Source: Carpediemonas membranifera BICM (taxonomy: Eukaryota; Protista; Fornicata). From it: a DNA stretch of 64,000 bases. Below the pieces are notes generated by a model that made no database searches, was not told the origin of the DNA, and was given only the letters and a program-made list of their open reading frames with translations. Position numbers and translations under genes: made by a program. The stretch spans positions 1,374,421-1,438,420 of the forward strand of contig JAHDYR010000062.1 of NCBI GenBank assembly GCA_019828565.1. Reading direction: 5' to 3'. The number at the start of each line of letters is the position of its first letter. Positions within the stretch are counted from its first letter, which is position 1. Shown in pieces: positions 52,279 to 63,529 of this stretch.

Positions 52279-54528
52279 ATGCGCGTCGGAACTCATTCTC
52301 ACTTTCTGACACATCTTCTTCTGTTCCTCGCCTTCAATATCAGTGCAACGGCGCTCGCATCTAGCATTGCTGTTCAACAGACACAAACGCTGGAAAATCC
52401 GAACCTATACACTGGCGGGACGGTCGATGTGGGCTTGCACATGGTGAGCTCCAGTTTCGCTGTCGTTGGGCAGTACGCAAGCCTCAGCAGCGCCGGCCAA
52501 TCGTATCTGTTCTCTCTTACCAACGGAGAATGGACCTACGTCCAGGAATTCGCCCGCCCGTCAGACGTGGGGTCGTACGATTACTTCGGCCGCATGATCA
52601 CGAGCAACGGGAGTACCGTCGCCATCAGCGCCCACCAGGACGACGACGGAGGTAGCGAGACAGGCTCTGTCTACATCTACGAGCCTGACGAAGCTGGCGT
52701 CTACGGTACTCCGACGAAACTTTACTCATCCCCCCAGGAAGAGGGCTTCGGCCTCTCAGACCGGCCAGAGCTCATGCACCGCAGCGTCAGTCGGCTACTA
52801 CGTCGACTCGACCGAGGCGACCGCCCATGTCGAGTGCGAGACTGGCAAGTTCCAGAACGAGACGGGTCAGACGAGCTGCTTCACCGCCGAGACCGGGTAC
52901 ATCGCCGCCGGCCCCCACGACAGCCAGCAGACCCCGTGCGACAGCGGCACCCACGCCCACCGCGGACCTGAGCACATGCGAGCCGTGTCCGCGGCTCCAG
53001 CACAGCCTCGGACGGCAAGCCTCACAGCACATGCACTGAGTTCATCCAGTCGAGCACGGTGGTTGATACGGAGTGGTACATCACGGTCGACACGTCCGAC
53101 ATGACGGGCGACGTCGCCACTGCTGAGCTGGGGTCGACCTTGTACCGTGTATGGTTTAATGAAAGCAACGAACTTCCGCAGTTTAGGGTCACAACCTCTT
53201 GTGCTGTGGTCAAGAACGGGTCGGCCACTGTCATCGTGCCGTTCGTAGACACGACCACAGACTATTCGGGGACGCACACCCTCTCGTACAGCCTCACGAC
53301 GGGGCCCACAGGCTCGTCTACTGTCGTTATCCCCAGCTCATTCGCCATACCAGACACCAAGGTGACTATTACCGGCACACAGGCGACTGGCGTCGTCTCA
53401 AGCCCAGTGTGCCCCACGGCCACCATGGTGCTCGGCTCATTACAAACCTGCTCGACCGCAACAATAGTCGATGGAGCTGTCAAGTGTATCTCGGATCCAG
53501 AGATAATCAACGCCGCCACTATCGCCAGCACCCTGTCGCCGTCAGTTGGCGGGACCATTGCGTCTGGCGAGACTGCATTCATCGCCCTGACCGGCGCGCA
53601 GTTTACCAGCACTGCTCAGCTCTCGGTAGGGTATGATGGCGTCCTCCTCGGCGTAGACGTGGGCGACCGCATTACCTTCACTGTCCCGGCCTCTTCTGAC
53701 TCGACAAAGCAGGAAGCTCATGTGATTACGGCCGAGCTCGACGGCGCCGCCTTCCTGACCGAGACTGTCACCGTTACTGTCCCAGTTGCCCCGACCCCGG
53801 CCGGTTTCGACTGGGTCACGGTGACAATCGTGGGTGTGTTGGTCGCCGCCTTCGCGACTGTCATCATTCTCGTCGTGGTGCTGCTCGTCATGCTGCTGCT
53901 TGTCGCCATCGTCAGCTCGGGCGCGCTTGCCATCGCCCAGAAGGTGATGGCGAAGAAGGCCAACCCGGTCGTCAAGCTCAACGCCCTCCAGCTCGCATCC
54001 ATGGACGGAAACGCCGAGACCCTCCTCAAGCTCTGCACTGACACCCCCACCTCGTTGCTCGAGTCCCAGATCAACGCACGGGACGCTGACGGTCGCACTG
54101 CTGTCTTCTTCGCGACTCAGGGTGGGTTCGCCGGGTGTGTCACAATCCTGGCAGACAACGGTGCGGATGTTGACATTGCGACAAACTCACACTGGAAGAA
54201 GGGCCGCAAGAGGGCAGTGAAGGGCATGGGGATGTTCAACGGCGATGCCCCCATTCATGTGGCGGCATCATCAGGTGACATCGACTGCCTCCGCGCCTTC
54301 CTCGCTGCCAAGGCTGACACGACGCTCGCGAACGACGACGGCTGCACTGCCCTGACCCTCGCCTTGGCCGGACTTCACGACGAATGCGTCGAAGTCATCA
54401 GGGAGGCCATGCCGGCCAAGAAGCTGTCTGACGCTACTGAAGTCCAGAGCGGTAGCGACACCGACGAGCTCGGGGACATCGGGCTGGGGGTTCCAGAGCG
54501 TCTGGACCAGTGTGAGGGGGATATGTAA
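52279..54528 (+). pseudogene. Frameshifted surface receptor gene: FG-GAP-like + Cys-rich repeats + TM + ankyrin repeats
   Basis: FG-GAP-like DYFGRMI...AISAHQDDD..GSVYIY; Cys-rich repeats read across three frame changes at about 52757, 52950 and 52992; ankyrin motifs DGRTAVFFA and GDAPIHVAA. Could be a consensus error rather than a true pseudogene. Confidence 0.6.
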
Positions 54529-54674
54529 CATGGGATGGGATGTATATATGTAGCATTGGTAATGACGTAAATGGATAGCTGGGTGAGGTGACGTGCCTTC
54601 GGTGATTCACTGCGACCTCAATGGAGGAGGTCAGCCACAGCCGAGGCCGAACTGTGTTGCCAGTGCCGTAGACA

Positions 54675-54849
54675 GGAGCCCATTCATCTCGAAGTCGCGT
54701 ATGGGGCTGCACTGTTCGGTTCCGCCGGCACTCCCTCCTGTGCTCCGTACCAACACTTTGCTCGAGCTCTTCCTGGCATCATGCTCCGGCACAACGTCGT
54801 CGTGACTGTCACGATGGTCTCGGAATTGCGCACTTCCATCGTGTGCCCA
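54675..54849 (+). pseudogene. 175-bp remnant of a second Fanzor copy (RuvC-II region)
   Basis: Aligns without gaps to 14149-14323 with 7 mismatches. Confidence 0.92.
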
Positions 54850-54921
54850 TTCGACAGTATTCTTATCCTGCGCGGCACAGTGCCGAACCAAACAACAGCA
54901 ACGAGACATTAAGCGCAGCGC

Positions 54922-56580
54922 ATGTCTCAACCCATCCAAATCCGGTGCCTCTTGTGCGATGGCATGAAGAAGATCAGAGGTACACTCTCGTTACTCCATT
55001 ATGCCATCCAATTCGAGCCAGATGCCGATGACAGCTACGTCACAGCCGAGGATGCCGTTAACCCGGGCAATGGGCATCTCAAATACCTTGTGAACATCAA
55101 ACCATCATGTGTGCGGCATAGTGCACTGGCTACGCATCTTCCAACGACCGATGTGGAGCACATCTACTACGAGCTCGAGCACATCGTTAGCAAGTCCATC
55201 GCCGCCAGGTACCACCGCAGAGGCTCACTGGAGAAGATATACAGCCCTGTGCACCGCTCCGTGTCGCGGCATTCCCTGGATATGGAGCGTACGTCCCTCT
55301 GGACGGGAGACGAGCCGATCAAGGCTCAGCCACGCCTGCCCCGGCACTATCTGCTGCTCAGCTATAGGAGGAGAGACGCTAGCAGCAAGAAACGGCGCGT
55401 GGTTCGTTCGCATGCGTACTTTTTAGCTGACGCAGCCCAGTTGCTTGGGCTATACGGCGCACTCATCGCTTCTGTAGTATCATCAAAGCGGTACGACCGG
55501 AAGCTAAAGGAGCAGCGGAGAAAGGGAGTCTCTCTCATGGAGCCCCCGTCCGGGGCGGGACTCAGCCCGCCCCACACTGACGAAGCCGTCGTCGCCCTCT
55601 TCAATCGGGCAGCAGAGCACCTTCCCATTCCCGTAGCCGACGACAACAGGAAGCAGCTGGCGGGGAAGCTGGCAAGAAGCAGAGACGGGCTGCAGCAGGT
55701 CAGGACGCACTACCAGCTGCCGCCCCTGCCGTCCCACCGCAAGCCGGTGTATGACTATCCATCGGACGTGACAGTCGACTCGTTCGCATCATCTGATGAG
55801 GAGATCGGCATTAGGATGCGTGCATCGACCAACGAAGAGGAGCCGACTCCGCGTTCGAGGTTCGGACGCGGGGCAATCCGTCGAGACCATCCCGCAGCTC
55901 ACAGGAGCCCCCAGAAGGAGCGGACTCTACCGGTGTTCGAGCCCGTGACAGGGGAGGCGTCAGTCGACCACGAAATCGAGCAGGTCATCCCCTCGCTCGC
56001 ACAGGCGCCGTCAGTTCCGATGACCCCGAACCGGCCGGCAGTTATGACCACTGTGGCCTTCCAGACTGTGCTGAATGCAGCCCCGCGGGTATTTACTGCT
56101 ACGGCGCCGACCCTGCTGTATTCAGACCAGACGCACGGCCGGTCGCTGAAGACGCTTTACCGCAACTGTGAGGGGTTCGACGCCACTGTCCTGTGCATTG
56201 AGACCGAGCTCGGCGGGGTCATCGGCGCCTTCGTCACGAGCGAGTGGAGACCGCACCAGCACCGCACGTACTACGGGACCGGCGAGAGCTTCGTGTTCAG
56301 GGCCAAGGGGCGGGCATGCACGCTCTTCCCATGGTCGGGCGCCAACAACTCGTTCCAACTCTGCTGTAACGACATCCTCGCAGTCGGCGGGGGCGGGCCA
56401 GGATTAGGGGCGGCAATTTATTTAACGCGGACACTGGAGAAGGGCGAGTCGTGCGACTGCCCGACATTTACCGCACCATGCCTCAGCCGCTGGGCCGGTA
56501 GCGAGGACAGGACGCACTGCGAGTTCGCCGTGGCATCCATAGACGTGTGGGGGCTGCATAGAATGGCGACGGGACGGTGA
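54922..56580 (+). CDS. TLDc-domain protein (OXR1/NCOA7-like)
   Basis: LLYSDQTHGRSLKTLY, VIGAF, YYGTGESFVF, WSGAN, LAVGGG and CPTF. Confidence 0.88.
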   Translation: MSQPIQIRCLLCDGMKKIRGTLSLLHYAIQFEPDADDSYVTAEDAVNPGNGHLKYLVNIKPSCVRHSALATHLPTTDVEHIYYELEHIVSKSIAARYHRRGSLEKIYSPVHRSVSRHSLDMERTSLWTGDEPIKAQPRLPRHYLLLSYRRRDASSKKRRVVRSHAYFLADAAQLLGLYGALIASVVSSKRYDRKLKEQRRKGVSLMEPPSGAGLSPPHTDEAVVALFNRAAEHLPIPVADDNRKQLAGKLARSRDGLQQVRTHYQLPPLPSHRKPVYDYPSDVTVDSFASSDEEIGIRMRASTNEEEPTPRSRFGRGAIRRDHPAAHRSPQKERTLPVFEPVTGEASVDHEIEQVIPSLAQAPSVPMTPNRPAVMTTVAFQTVLNAAPRVFTATAPTLLYSDQTHGRSLKTLYRNCEGFDATVLCIETELGGVIGAFVTSEWRPHQHRTYYGTGESFVFRAKGRACTLFPWSGANNSFQLCCNDILAVGGGGPGLGAAIYLTRTLEKGESCDCPTFTAPCLSRWAGSEDRTHCEFAVASIDVWGLHRMATGR

Positions 56581-56807
56581 TGTGGCTGGATGGGCTCTAG
56601 TATGTTACTGGCCCTCATGCTTGTAATAATAAACGCAACCAGGGGTTTATTATAATAATTGAGACTGGTGTGATCATTTTTCAGCATTGACCGAAGGACT
56701 GTTGCGAACCGTCATGGCGGAACGATGGTAACCCAGGTTCAAGGCCTTCAGGTAGAGTGGCAATCCTCAGGATTAACACTGGCGGTCGACTATGACTCGT
56801 CTTAAAC

Positions 56808-58361
56808 TCAGATTAAATTATACACACCGCCTGGGGTCGAGATAATCGGCGTATTAGGGGCATTGAGCATATCAATTGTGTCCAGCAGAGGCAGCCGCTC
56901 TGTACTCTGGGCTTCCCTGATCATGGTGTGCAGCTCCCGCTGTCTTCTGATCTTCATTGTCGCGATCTGCCCGTGGGCCTTTCCAGGCTTCTCAATCATC
57001 GCAGAGAAGTAAAGCCCGCGGAACGCCACCCACATGAACCTGCGTAGGATCTCTAGCAGGCCAAGGACGAGGTTGAGAGTCTGCGGGTAGGGCCACAGGC
57101 CATGCGGGGTGAGGGTGAGGGCCCACGCGAAGCGGAGGGGGATATTGGCGAGCGGGATCAAGATGTAGGGGAGTACACCGGGGTACAGGCACTCTCTCAG
57201 TCTGATACGGCCGCCCTCGAACGAAATCATGCCCCAATCGGCGAAAATGTCCCAGATGTAGCAATATGCGGTCGATATGATGACGAGAATGAGGTTGACG
57301 GCGACTACCCAGTCCCATGGTACCATGCCGGCGTTCTCAAACACACCAATCGTGCCAGATACAGCAACTGCGACTATGCACGTGAGGTACTTGACCGCAT
57401 TGAGAGAGGGCATGATCCTCTCGCGGTGAACGGGCTTGCGGAAGCACTGGGAGAGGCACTGGATGAATCTCCAGAGGTATGGAACGATGGAGACGACGTC
57501 AGAGAGCAGGGGCGCCAGGGTGATGCAGACCGGCATGCGGGTCGTCGCAGTAAAGGTGAAGAGGCCGCCCGTAAACACGAGACAGGTGCCCTCCGCGAAC
57601 ATGCGCAGGGGTATGACGAGGGAGGTCGTGATGTCTGCGAGCATGGTGCGTCGGAAGATGGGCACGGCAAATGGGCCGAGGAAGAAGCTGGCAAGGTCCT
57701 TGATGATGACACGGCGGGAGGAGCGGTGGAAGCCGTGGAAGGGCCACACGTAGATCAGCAGGGATGCGTAGTTGACTGCTGTGAAGATGGTGGAGGGCAC
57801 TCGGATGGTGCACAGCCCGAGAAGGTGCAGCGTGATATGGTGTCGGGTGCCCAGCGTGAACAAGAAGAAGGAGCTCAGCCAGAGGTTGGCGAGGACAAGG
57901 GCGTTCTTGAACACCTGGACTGAGGTAATCAGGCGGCCCTTGAGGTCGAGTACGATGTGAAACGGAATCGAGTGGCGTTCAAAGAAGAAAAGGACCAGTG
58001 CCCAGCATAGTATGGGGCTGAAGAACATCAGGTTGGCGTAAAATATGGGGGCAGACACATAGTAGGCCGGGAGCGCCATGATGGGCGGGTTGAAGGCATT
58101 GGTGAGGGTCGCAATCAGCAATGCGGCGAGAGTGCCAAGCGAAAGGCCGAGTTTGAAGCTATCAGTCCGTTTGACACGGATTTGCCTGACATACTTCCAG
58201 TATGAGGGATACTGGATGAACGTGCCCTCCTGAACAACGCCCATGGGCGTTAACGGCGTTCCTGCTGCCAACAATGGACGTTCCAGGCCTAATGCATCCG
58301 AGGAAAGCGACGATTCACTGCCATAGCTGTCCTTGGGAATCGGAACCTCAATCGTTGGCAT
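56808..58361 (-). CDS. EXS-domain membrane protein (XPR1/SYG1/ERD1-like), no SPX domain
   Basis: LADITTS, PYLWRFIQC, NAVKY, YIWDIFADWG, LRFAW and LEILRRFMW. Confidence 0.88.
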   Translation of the reverse strand: MPTIEVPIPKDSYGSESSLSSDALGLERPLLAAGTPLTPMGVVQEGTFIQYPSYWKYVRQIRVKRTDSFKLGLSLGTLAALLIATLTNAFNPPIMALPAYYVSAPIFYANLMFFSPILCWALVLFFFERHSIPFHIVLDLKGRLITSVQVFKNALVLANLWLSSFFLFTLGTRHHITLHLLGLCTIRVPSTIFTAVNYASLLIYVWPFHGFHRSSRRVIIKDLASFFLGPFAVPIFRRTMLADITTSLVIPLRMFAEGTCLVFTGGLFTFTATTRMPVCITLAPLLSDVVSIVPYLWRFIQCLSQCFRKPVHRERIMPSLNAVKYLTCIVAVAVSGTIGVFENAGMVPWDWVVAVNLILVIISTAYCYIWDIFADWGMISFEGGRIRLRECLYPGVLPYILIPLANIPLRFAWALTLTPHGLWPYPQTLNLVLGLLEILRRFMWVAFRGLYFSAMIEKPGKAHGQIATMKIRRQRELHTMIREAQSTERLPLLDTIDMLNAPNTPIISTPGGVYNLI

Positions 58362-58476
58362 CGATGATCGCGGTCACCCGATTTCCAGAAGATCTCACAA
58401 CGATGGTTCAGCTGACTATTCATGACCACATTGATCCCGGCCCTGCTTGCCGTGTGTGTAAGCTGATTTACAATAC

Positions 58477-59652
58477 CTACCCAAGCTGCTGTAGGGCGTT
58501 TTCAAGAACAGTTCTTTCGCAACGAACAATGGGCGCTCCCTTCCCGCGCGGTTCGCCGAGCAGACCCAGACGCCGGCTAACAAGGTCGATACACGCCTGC
58601 CTCACGCTCAGCTCGGCTGGGGGCCAGACTGGTTCGTCGCTGAGGCCTATGGCGCTGCTGACAAGGACGAGAATCTCGTCAGCCTCAATAACGCGTGAAG
58701 CCGGGTGGTAGTTGATCGGCAAGTCAATATCAGTCAACGGAACGCCCTTCTCGACGTCGAGGAAACCTGCTATAAAGTCGGGATCGATGTCCTCGACGGC
58801 GGGGCAGACCTCCACCAGCAGCCCGCCCGCTACCCGGACAACCTCACGGGGCACGGGGTCGTGCGGTACGAATCCGTACTTTAGCAGCAAGTTGGGTGTA
58901 TCCAGGTCACCGTAGGAAAGCCAGAGCTCCTCGCCGGGGGAGATGGTGGTGTCGGTGACGATCTGGTAGCTGTTGCCTGTCTGTACAAGGCTTACAGTGT
59001 GCCCGGACGGCCTGTGGTTGAAAGCTGAGACGAATGGCGGGAGGACGGTGCCCCAGGCCCCGTGTTGGAACGAGTACGACATCAGCACATGGCATACGTG
59101 CCTGAACATGGTCAGGGTCACGGGGCGGGGGAAGAAGTCGGTGTGGGCCGCTGTGAACGGCTGGACCAACTCTACAAAGGCGGCGTCCATGCGCTGTTGG
59201 TTGTCTCTGATGTCGCCGAGCAGGTCGGTGCCGCTGAGCGTCTCAATCTCGTCCTCAGACCAGTGGAAGGGGAGCCACTTGGTTGTGGGGGCGGGCAGTG
59301 TTGCTAGGTAAGGCTCCCACTGTGAGTTGGGGCTGTAGTGGAGCTCAAAGAGGAGGGCAAGGGCAAGGGGCACCCAATCGCCACTGGAATCGTTCAAAAG
59401 AACATCAATTCGGTCCTCAATGATGTGCTTGATAGTCGTGTTGCGGTAGGTGAGGATAGAAGACGCCGGGATGGTGGCTACAACCGTCCCAGCGGTGATA
59501 TGGTTGTTGGAGACAACCCCGAGCCCTGAAACGCTCCTAGTGGATAGCTCCACCTCGGGTATAACCTTAAACCCTCTCTCCTCCATCCACATCGCATATT
59601 CATCGTTCATTATCGTTAGTTGTTGTCGTGTTGTGCAGTCATGGCCGGTCAA
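58477..59652 (-). CDS. SET-domain lysine methyltransferase (SETD6/Rubisco-LSMT family)
   Basis: SGLGVV, SQWEPYLATLP, SAFNH, GEELWLSYG and LLLKYGF. Confidence 0.85.
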   Translation of the reverse strand: MTGHDCTTRQQLTIMNDEYAMWMEERGFKVIPEVELSTRSVSGLGVVSNNHITAGTVVATIPASSILTYRNTTIKHIIEDRIDVLLNDSSGDWVPLALALLFELHYSPNSQWEPYLATLPAPTTKWLPFHWSEDEIETLSGTDLLGDIRDNQQRMDAAFVELVQPFTAAHTDFFPRPVTLTMFRHVCHVLMSYSFQHGAWGTVLPPFVSAFNHRPSGHTVSLVQTGNSYQIVTDTTISPGEELWLSYGDLDTPNLLLKYGFVPHDPVPREVVRVAGGLLVEVCPAVEDIDPDFIAGFLDVEKGVPLTDIDLPINYHPASRVIEADEILVLVSSAIGLSDEPVWPPAELSVRQACIDLVSRRLGLLGEPRGKGAPIVRCERTVLENALQQLG

Positions 59653-59744
59653 TGACTACTGGTGACGCTGCCACCCTGCCTGCTGGCCCAGCCTACGTAG
59701 CTCACCCCATACAAGTATTGAAGGCAGGTTTTTAAAAGAAAAAC

Positions 59745-61667
59745 TTAGAAAGCCTCGACCTCCTCGGCCATCGCCTCGAGCATATCAACCTCGCTATGCG
59801 GTGCTGTCTTGATGATATGACGCCTATGAAGCACGGCACGCCTCCACAGCCGCCACACGGCGACACCCGACATGATGACGGTGAGCACTGTGGCGACGGT
59901 GTCGGCGATGGGGTTTGTGGCCATGATGGACTCTGGGGTCTTGATGGTGAAGGTGAAGAGGATGATGAGTGGTATGGCGACGACCATCTGGCGGGCGAAC
60001 ATGGAAACCATGCCGAGGAGGGGCATCTTAATAGCTATGAATGTCATGGAGATGAGCATCTGGTAGCCGACCACCCAGAACATGGCCGCCTGGATGCGGG
60101 CAAACAGCGAACCGATGCGGAGGGTCTCGGCGTCGTTGGTGAAGAGGCGCAGGTAGACGTACGGGCCGGCCATGAGGATCGCCCAAGCGACAATGCCGAT
60201 GGCGATACCGACAGCAAGGGCGAAAGCCACAGCCCCTGCCAGTCGGCGGTAGAGGTGGGCACCGTAGGCGTATCCGATGATGGGTAGCTGACCCTGACCT
60301 ATGGCCATGAGGGGGACAAAGAGGAACATGACGCTGCGGGAAACAATCTGGGAAGCAGCGAGGTACTTGCCGATCTGGTCCTCGTCGATAATGTAGCTGA
60401 ACGAGAGGTTGGCTACGAACATCTTGAGACTGCCCCCGATTCGTTGGACGAAGAGTGCGACAGAGACGAGGACGATGTGGAACATCAGGCGGGGCTCGGG
60501 GATGAAGCCAGAGAGGCGGATACGGACGCCAGACTCGTTAAAGAACGTGTAGAAAGCAAAAATGACGGCGGCCGGGACGACTTGGGCGGTGACGGTGGCA
60601 ATTGCACAGCCTGTGGTACCCATGTCCAAGGCGAGGATGAGCACGAGGTCGAGGGTGACGTTGATGGCGGCACTGCATGTCATGGAAACCATCGCCCAGT
60701 TGGGCCGGCCGTCTGCGCGGAGGATGTTGTTGGCACAAATATAAAGCACTTGGCCGAAGGCACCGGCGAGGAGGATGCGGCCGTAGGGGAGGGCGTGGGC
60801 CATGATGTCGTCATTTGCACCGGAAATGTCAAAAAAGAACGGCAGCAGGAAGAAAAGAGCTGCCGGGTATGCGATGCAGATGATGATACCAAGGAGGAGG
60901 GTGTTGCACACCGTGCGGGACGTCTTGGTGTAGTCTCGCTCGCCGAGTGCCTGGGACACGCCGGCGTTGAGGCCCATGCCCAGACCCGACCCGATGCCGC
61001 CGGCCAGACTCTCGATGGGGTAGAACAGACTGATCGCAGCCACTGCATCGTCGCCACCGCTGGATGAGCGGCCCACGACGGCGATATCGATGATCGCGTA
61101 GAGCATCTGAACAAAGAGGCCGAAAGCTGCGGGGACACAGAACTGCATGAATAGGAGAGGGATGGAACGATTGGCCATGAAGGCGTGGGCGCCCCTGGAA
61201 TGGTCGGGCGAGGGACTGGGGGCCTCAGTGACGGAAGAGACGGAAATGGTCTGCCCGGAGCCCGTACTGCGGGATTCGGTCAAATGGTCAGCGCCAAAGC
61301 TGGGTTCCGGCATGTAGTTGTTCGGATCGTCGGCATCCTCGTCAACAGCGGGATAAGGCTGCTCACGGAGCGTTTTGATGCTTTCCTTGGTGAGCTCAGT
61401 GATTGTATGAGGTTCGTTCTCCTCAATGTCGTCAGGCACCGTGATACTGATTTCGGAAGAGCCAGAATCAGTCTCGGAAACGGAGTCGTAGGCGCTGGTT
61501 TCACTAATGGACTGTGAATCCTGCTCACTGTCGCTAGAAAGCGTCGATCCTGAATCATCCGTTGGCATTTTGGATATTCGCCGGGACCCTGTAGAGTAGC
61601 AAGTCGATTTCGACTTGATCAGAGTTACCAGGTAAGGAGCCGGCGTGACCATGTCAACATCAACCAT
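59745..61667 (-). CDS. MATE family efflux transporter
   Basis: VPAAFGLFVQMLYAIID, LRADG, NVTLDLVLI and GCAIAT; about 12 TMs after an acidic N-terminal extension. Confidence 0.92.
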   Translation of the reverse strand: MVDVDMVTPAPYLVTLIKSKSTCYSTGSRRISKMPTDDSGSTLSSDSEQDSQSISETSAYDSVSETDSGSSEISITVPDDIEENEPHTITELTKESIKTLREQPYPAVDEDADDPNNYMPEPSFGADHLTESRSTGSGQTISVSSVTEAPSPSPDHSRGAHAFMANRSIPLLFMQFCVPAAFGLFVQMLYAIIDIAVVGRSSSGGDDAVAAISLFYPIESLAGGIGSGLGMGLNAGVSQALGERDYTKTSRTVCNTLLLGIIICIAYPAALFFLLPFFFDISGANDDIMAHALPYGRILLAGAFGQVLYICANNILRADGRPNWAMVSMTCSAAINVTLDLVLILALDMGTTGCAIATVTAQVVPAAVIFAFYTFFNESGVRIRLSGFIPEPRLMFHIVLVSVALFVQRIGGSLKMFVANLSFSYIIDEDQIGKYLAASQIVSRSVMFLFVPLMAIGQGQLPIIGYAYGAHLYRRLAGAVAFALAVGIAIGIVAWAILMAGPYVYLRLFTNDAETLRIGSLFARIQAAMFWVVGYQMLISMTFIAIKMPLLGMVSMFARQMVVAIPLIILFTFTIKTPESIMATNPIADTVATVLTVIMSGVAVWRLWRRAVLHRRHIIKTAPHSEVDMLEAMAEEVEAF

Positions 61668-61917
61668 ACCTCCAAGCGCACCCTCAGAGCAGTAGTAGCC
61701 TCAGGATCGTATGTGGCTCGAGCTTAGGGGAAATGACTTTTCGAGACCGGCGATCAATCAACCGAGTGAAATACACGGGGCCGTATCTGGCTGGAATAAC
61801 AAGCTGCACATGAGCAAACCATCCACATGGACCCTATTCCGCCAATATCATCAGTGATGATCTCCATTTGATGTCAAGATATCACCAAATCTAGGCTGCG
61901 AATTTATGATCGTCTGC

Positions 61918-63228
61918 TCACTTTCCCAACGACCAGTCCACCGTGCGGTACGGCTGCGCGCTGGCCTCATTCTTTCGCCGCATCAGCGACGCTCTTGGGG
62001 TCCTTCCCGACGTTGTCCGAATCACCGGCTTAGCCAACCTCTCCGTCTTGTCGGCCTTGGTCCGCGCCCGTCTGCATCGCCTGTACATCTCGACGAAAGA
62101 AGGGCTGGGTGCATCTTCTTGCTCGGGTCTGGCGGCTTTGATCCGTCTGATGTGACGGGAAAACGACGCGTTCTGACGCAGAGCAACCGTGTGGGCATCT
62201 GAAGGGGCTGGAGTGAACACACTCCGCCTGCGCTGAGTGGTCGGGTGAGGCGTCGCCTTGACCTTATCCTGCACCGGAGTCTGGGGTTTCCAGACTTCCG
62301 GAGTGGTGTTCTTCTGAGCCGCTCTCCGCCGCTCAGCAGACTGCGCCCTCTCTGCTGAGTCCGGCTCCATGTCTCGCTGCAGCATGGTGGTGACGGCTTT
62401 CTCGAGGTCCTCAATGACTGTCGACATCGGAGACTTCGGCGCCGCGGATTTCTCTCGAACAGCACCGAGGACCTCGTTGATGACGTTATCCATCGATGAA
62501 ATGATGGTTGGTAGCCCCTCTCCAGGGGAGTTTGGGGAGGCTTCCTCGTCGCTCAGCCGCAACATCCCGCTGTCCGGCGTTGGCACCCGCGAGAACTCGC
62601 CGCTATGGATGCTGGGCGAGTAGTGGCTGGCCGGCCGGGGCGTTGTGCGGCTCGGTGATATTGCGACGCTGCGGTTCATCGCAGACACGGCCAAGAGCGA
62701 GTTTGCCGAAGAAGGCGTCAACCCAGGAGATTGCTGCACCGGAGACACCTGTGAGACATGCTGCGGAGTGTTGGGTGAGTTTTCCAACGACTCGTCCGTG
62801 TCTTCGTCTCCCCGATCGGGGTATAGCAGAGTCATCAGCGGGGAATCAGGGCCTAGCGCGCTCAAGAGGAGGTCGAACTTAACAGCTTCCTGCAGTACCT
62901 CGTTCGGACTGGGCTTGTGCGGCGTCTTGCTTCTGGGTGAGGGGCTTAACTCGTCGTTTTGCCGCAAGTTGCTTGGATGGAGATGGCCAACCTCATGCGT
63001 TATCCACTTCTTGTACCGTCTGCTGAGTCTCGATAGATAGAAGTCGGGACTATCGACATTCTGCTCAGTAATAGCCGAGAGGCCTGCTTTGAGGTGCTGC
63101 ATTCGTGGTTCAAGCCGTCGCGCAAGCTTAATGTGTTCATTCATCACAAATCGTGGAGAATCTATCGAATGCCGTCTCATCTGTGCTCTATTTGGCCATG
63201 GAACCATCGTAGATCCCTCCATCGCCAT
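61918..63228 (-). CDS. Hypothetical Ser/Pro-rich protein
   Basis: 436-aa ATG ORF, largely low complexity. Confidence 0.65.
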   Translation of the reverse strand: MAMEGSTMVPWPNRAQMRRHSIDSPRFVMNEHIKLARRLEPRMQHLKAGLSAITEQNVDSPDFYLSRLSRRYKKWITHEVGHLHPSNLRQNDELSPSPRSKTPHKPSPNEVLQEAVKFDLLLSALGPDSPLMTLLYPDRGDEDTDESLENSPNTPQHVSQVSPVQQSPGLTPSSANSLLAVSAMNRSVAISPSRTTPRPASHYSPSIHSGEFSRVPTPDSGMLRLSDEEASPNSPGEGLPTIISSMDNVINEVLGAVREKSAAPKSPMSTVIEDLEKAVTTMLQRDMEPDSAERAQSAERRRAAQKNTTPEVWKPQTPVQDKVKATPHPTTQRRRSVFTPAPSDAHTVALRQNASFSRHIRRIKAARPEQEDAPSPSFVEMYRRCRRARTKADKTERLAKPVIRTTSGRTPRASLMRRKNEASAQPYRTVDWSLGK

Positions 63229-63529
63229 TTTGTCCGAGAATTTTGTTGAATTTTGGCAAATGGTGGCTGGCGCAGACGGGTTGACTGCCGCGCCAGCATT
63301 GGGCTATGGAGCATGAGCATGCCATGCTCTGACTGCGATTTTCGCCGCCTGTCGCTGCGGTGCGTCATGCCAGGTTGGGTTATGGGTTGGGTGATTCCAT
63401 CCTTAAGGACAGCCGCCCACTTGATCTATGGACGGCTATGGGGGATGCACTCTGACCGCACTGGCTCAGGCGATGCAGTCGGGTCGAGTTTGATACAACC
63501 GACAAACCACAACAACACGACGATAACCA

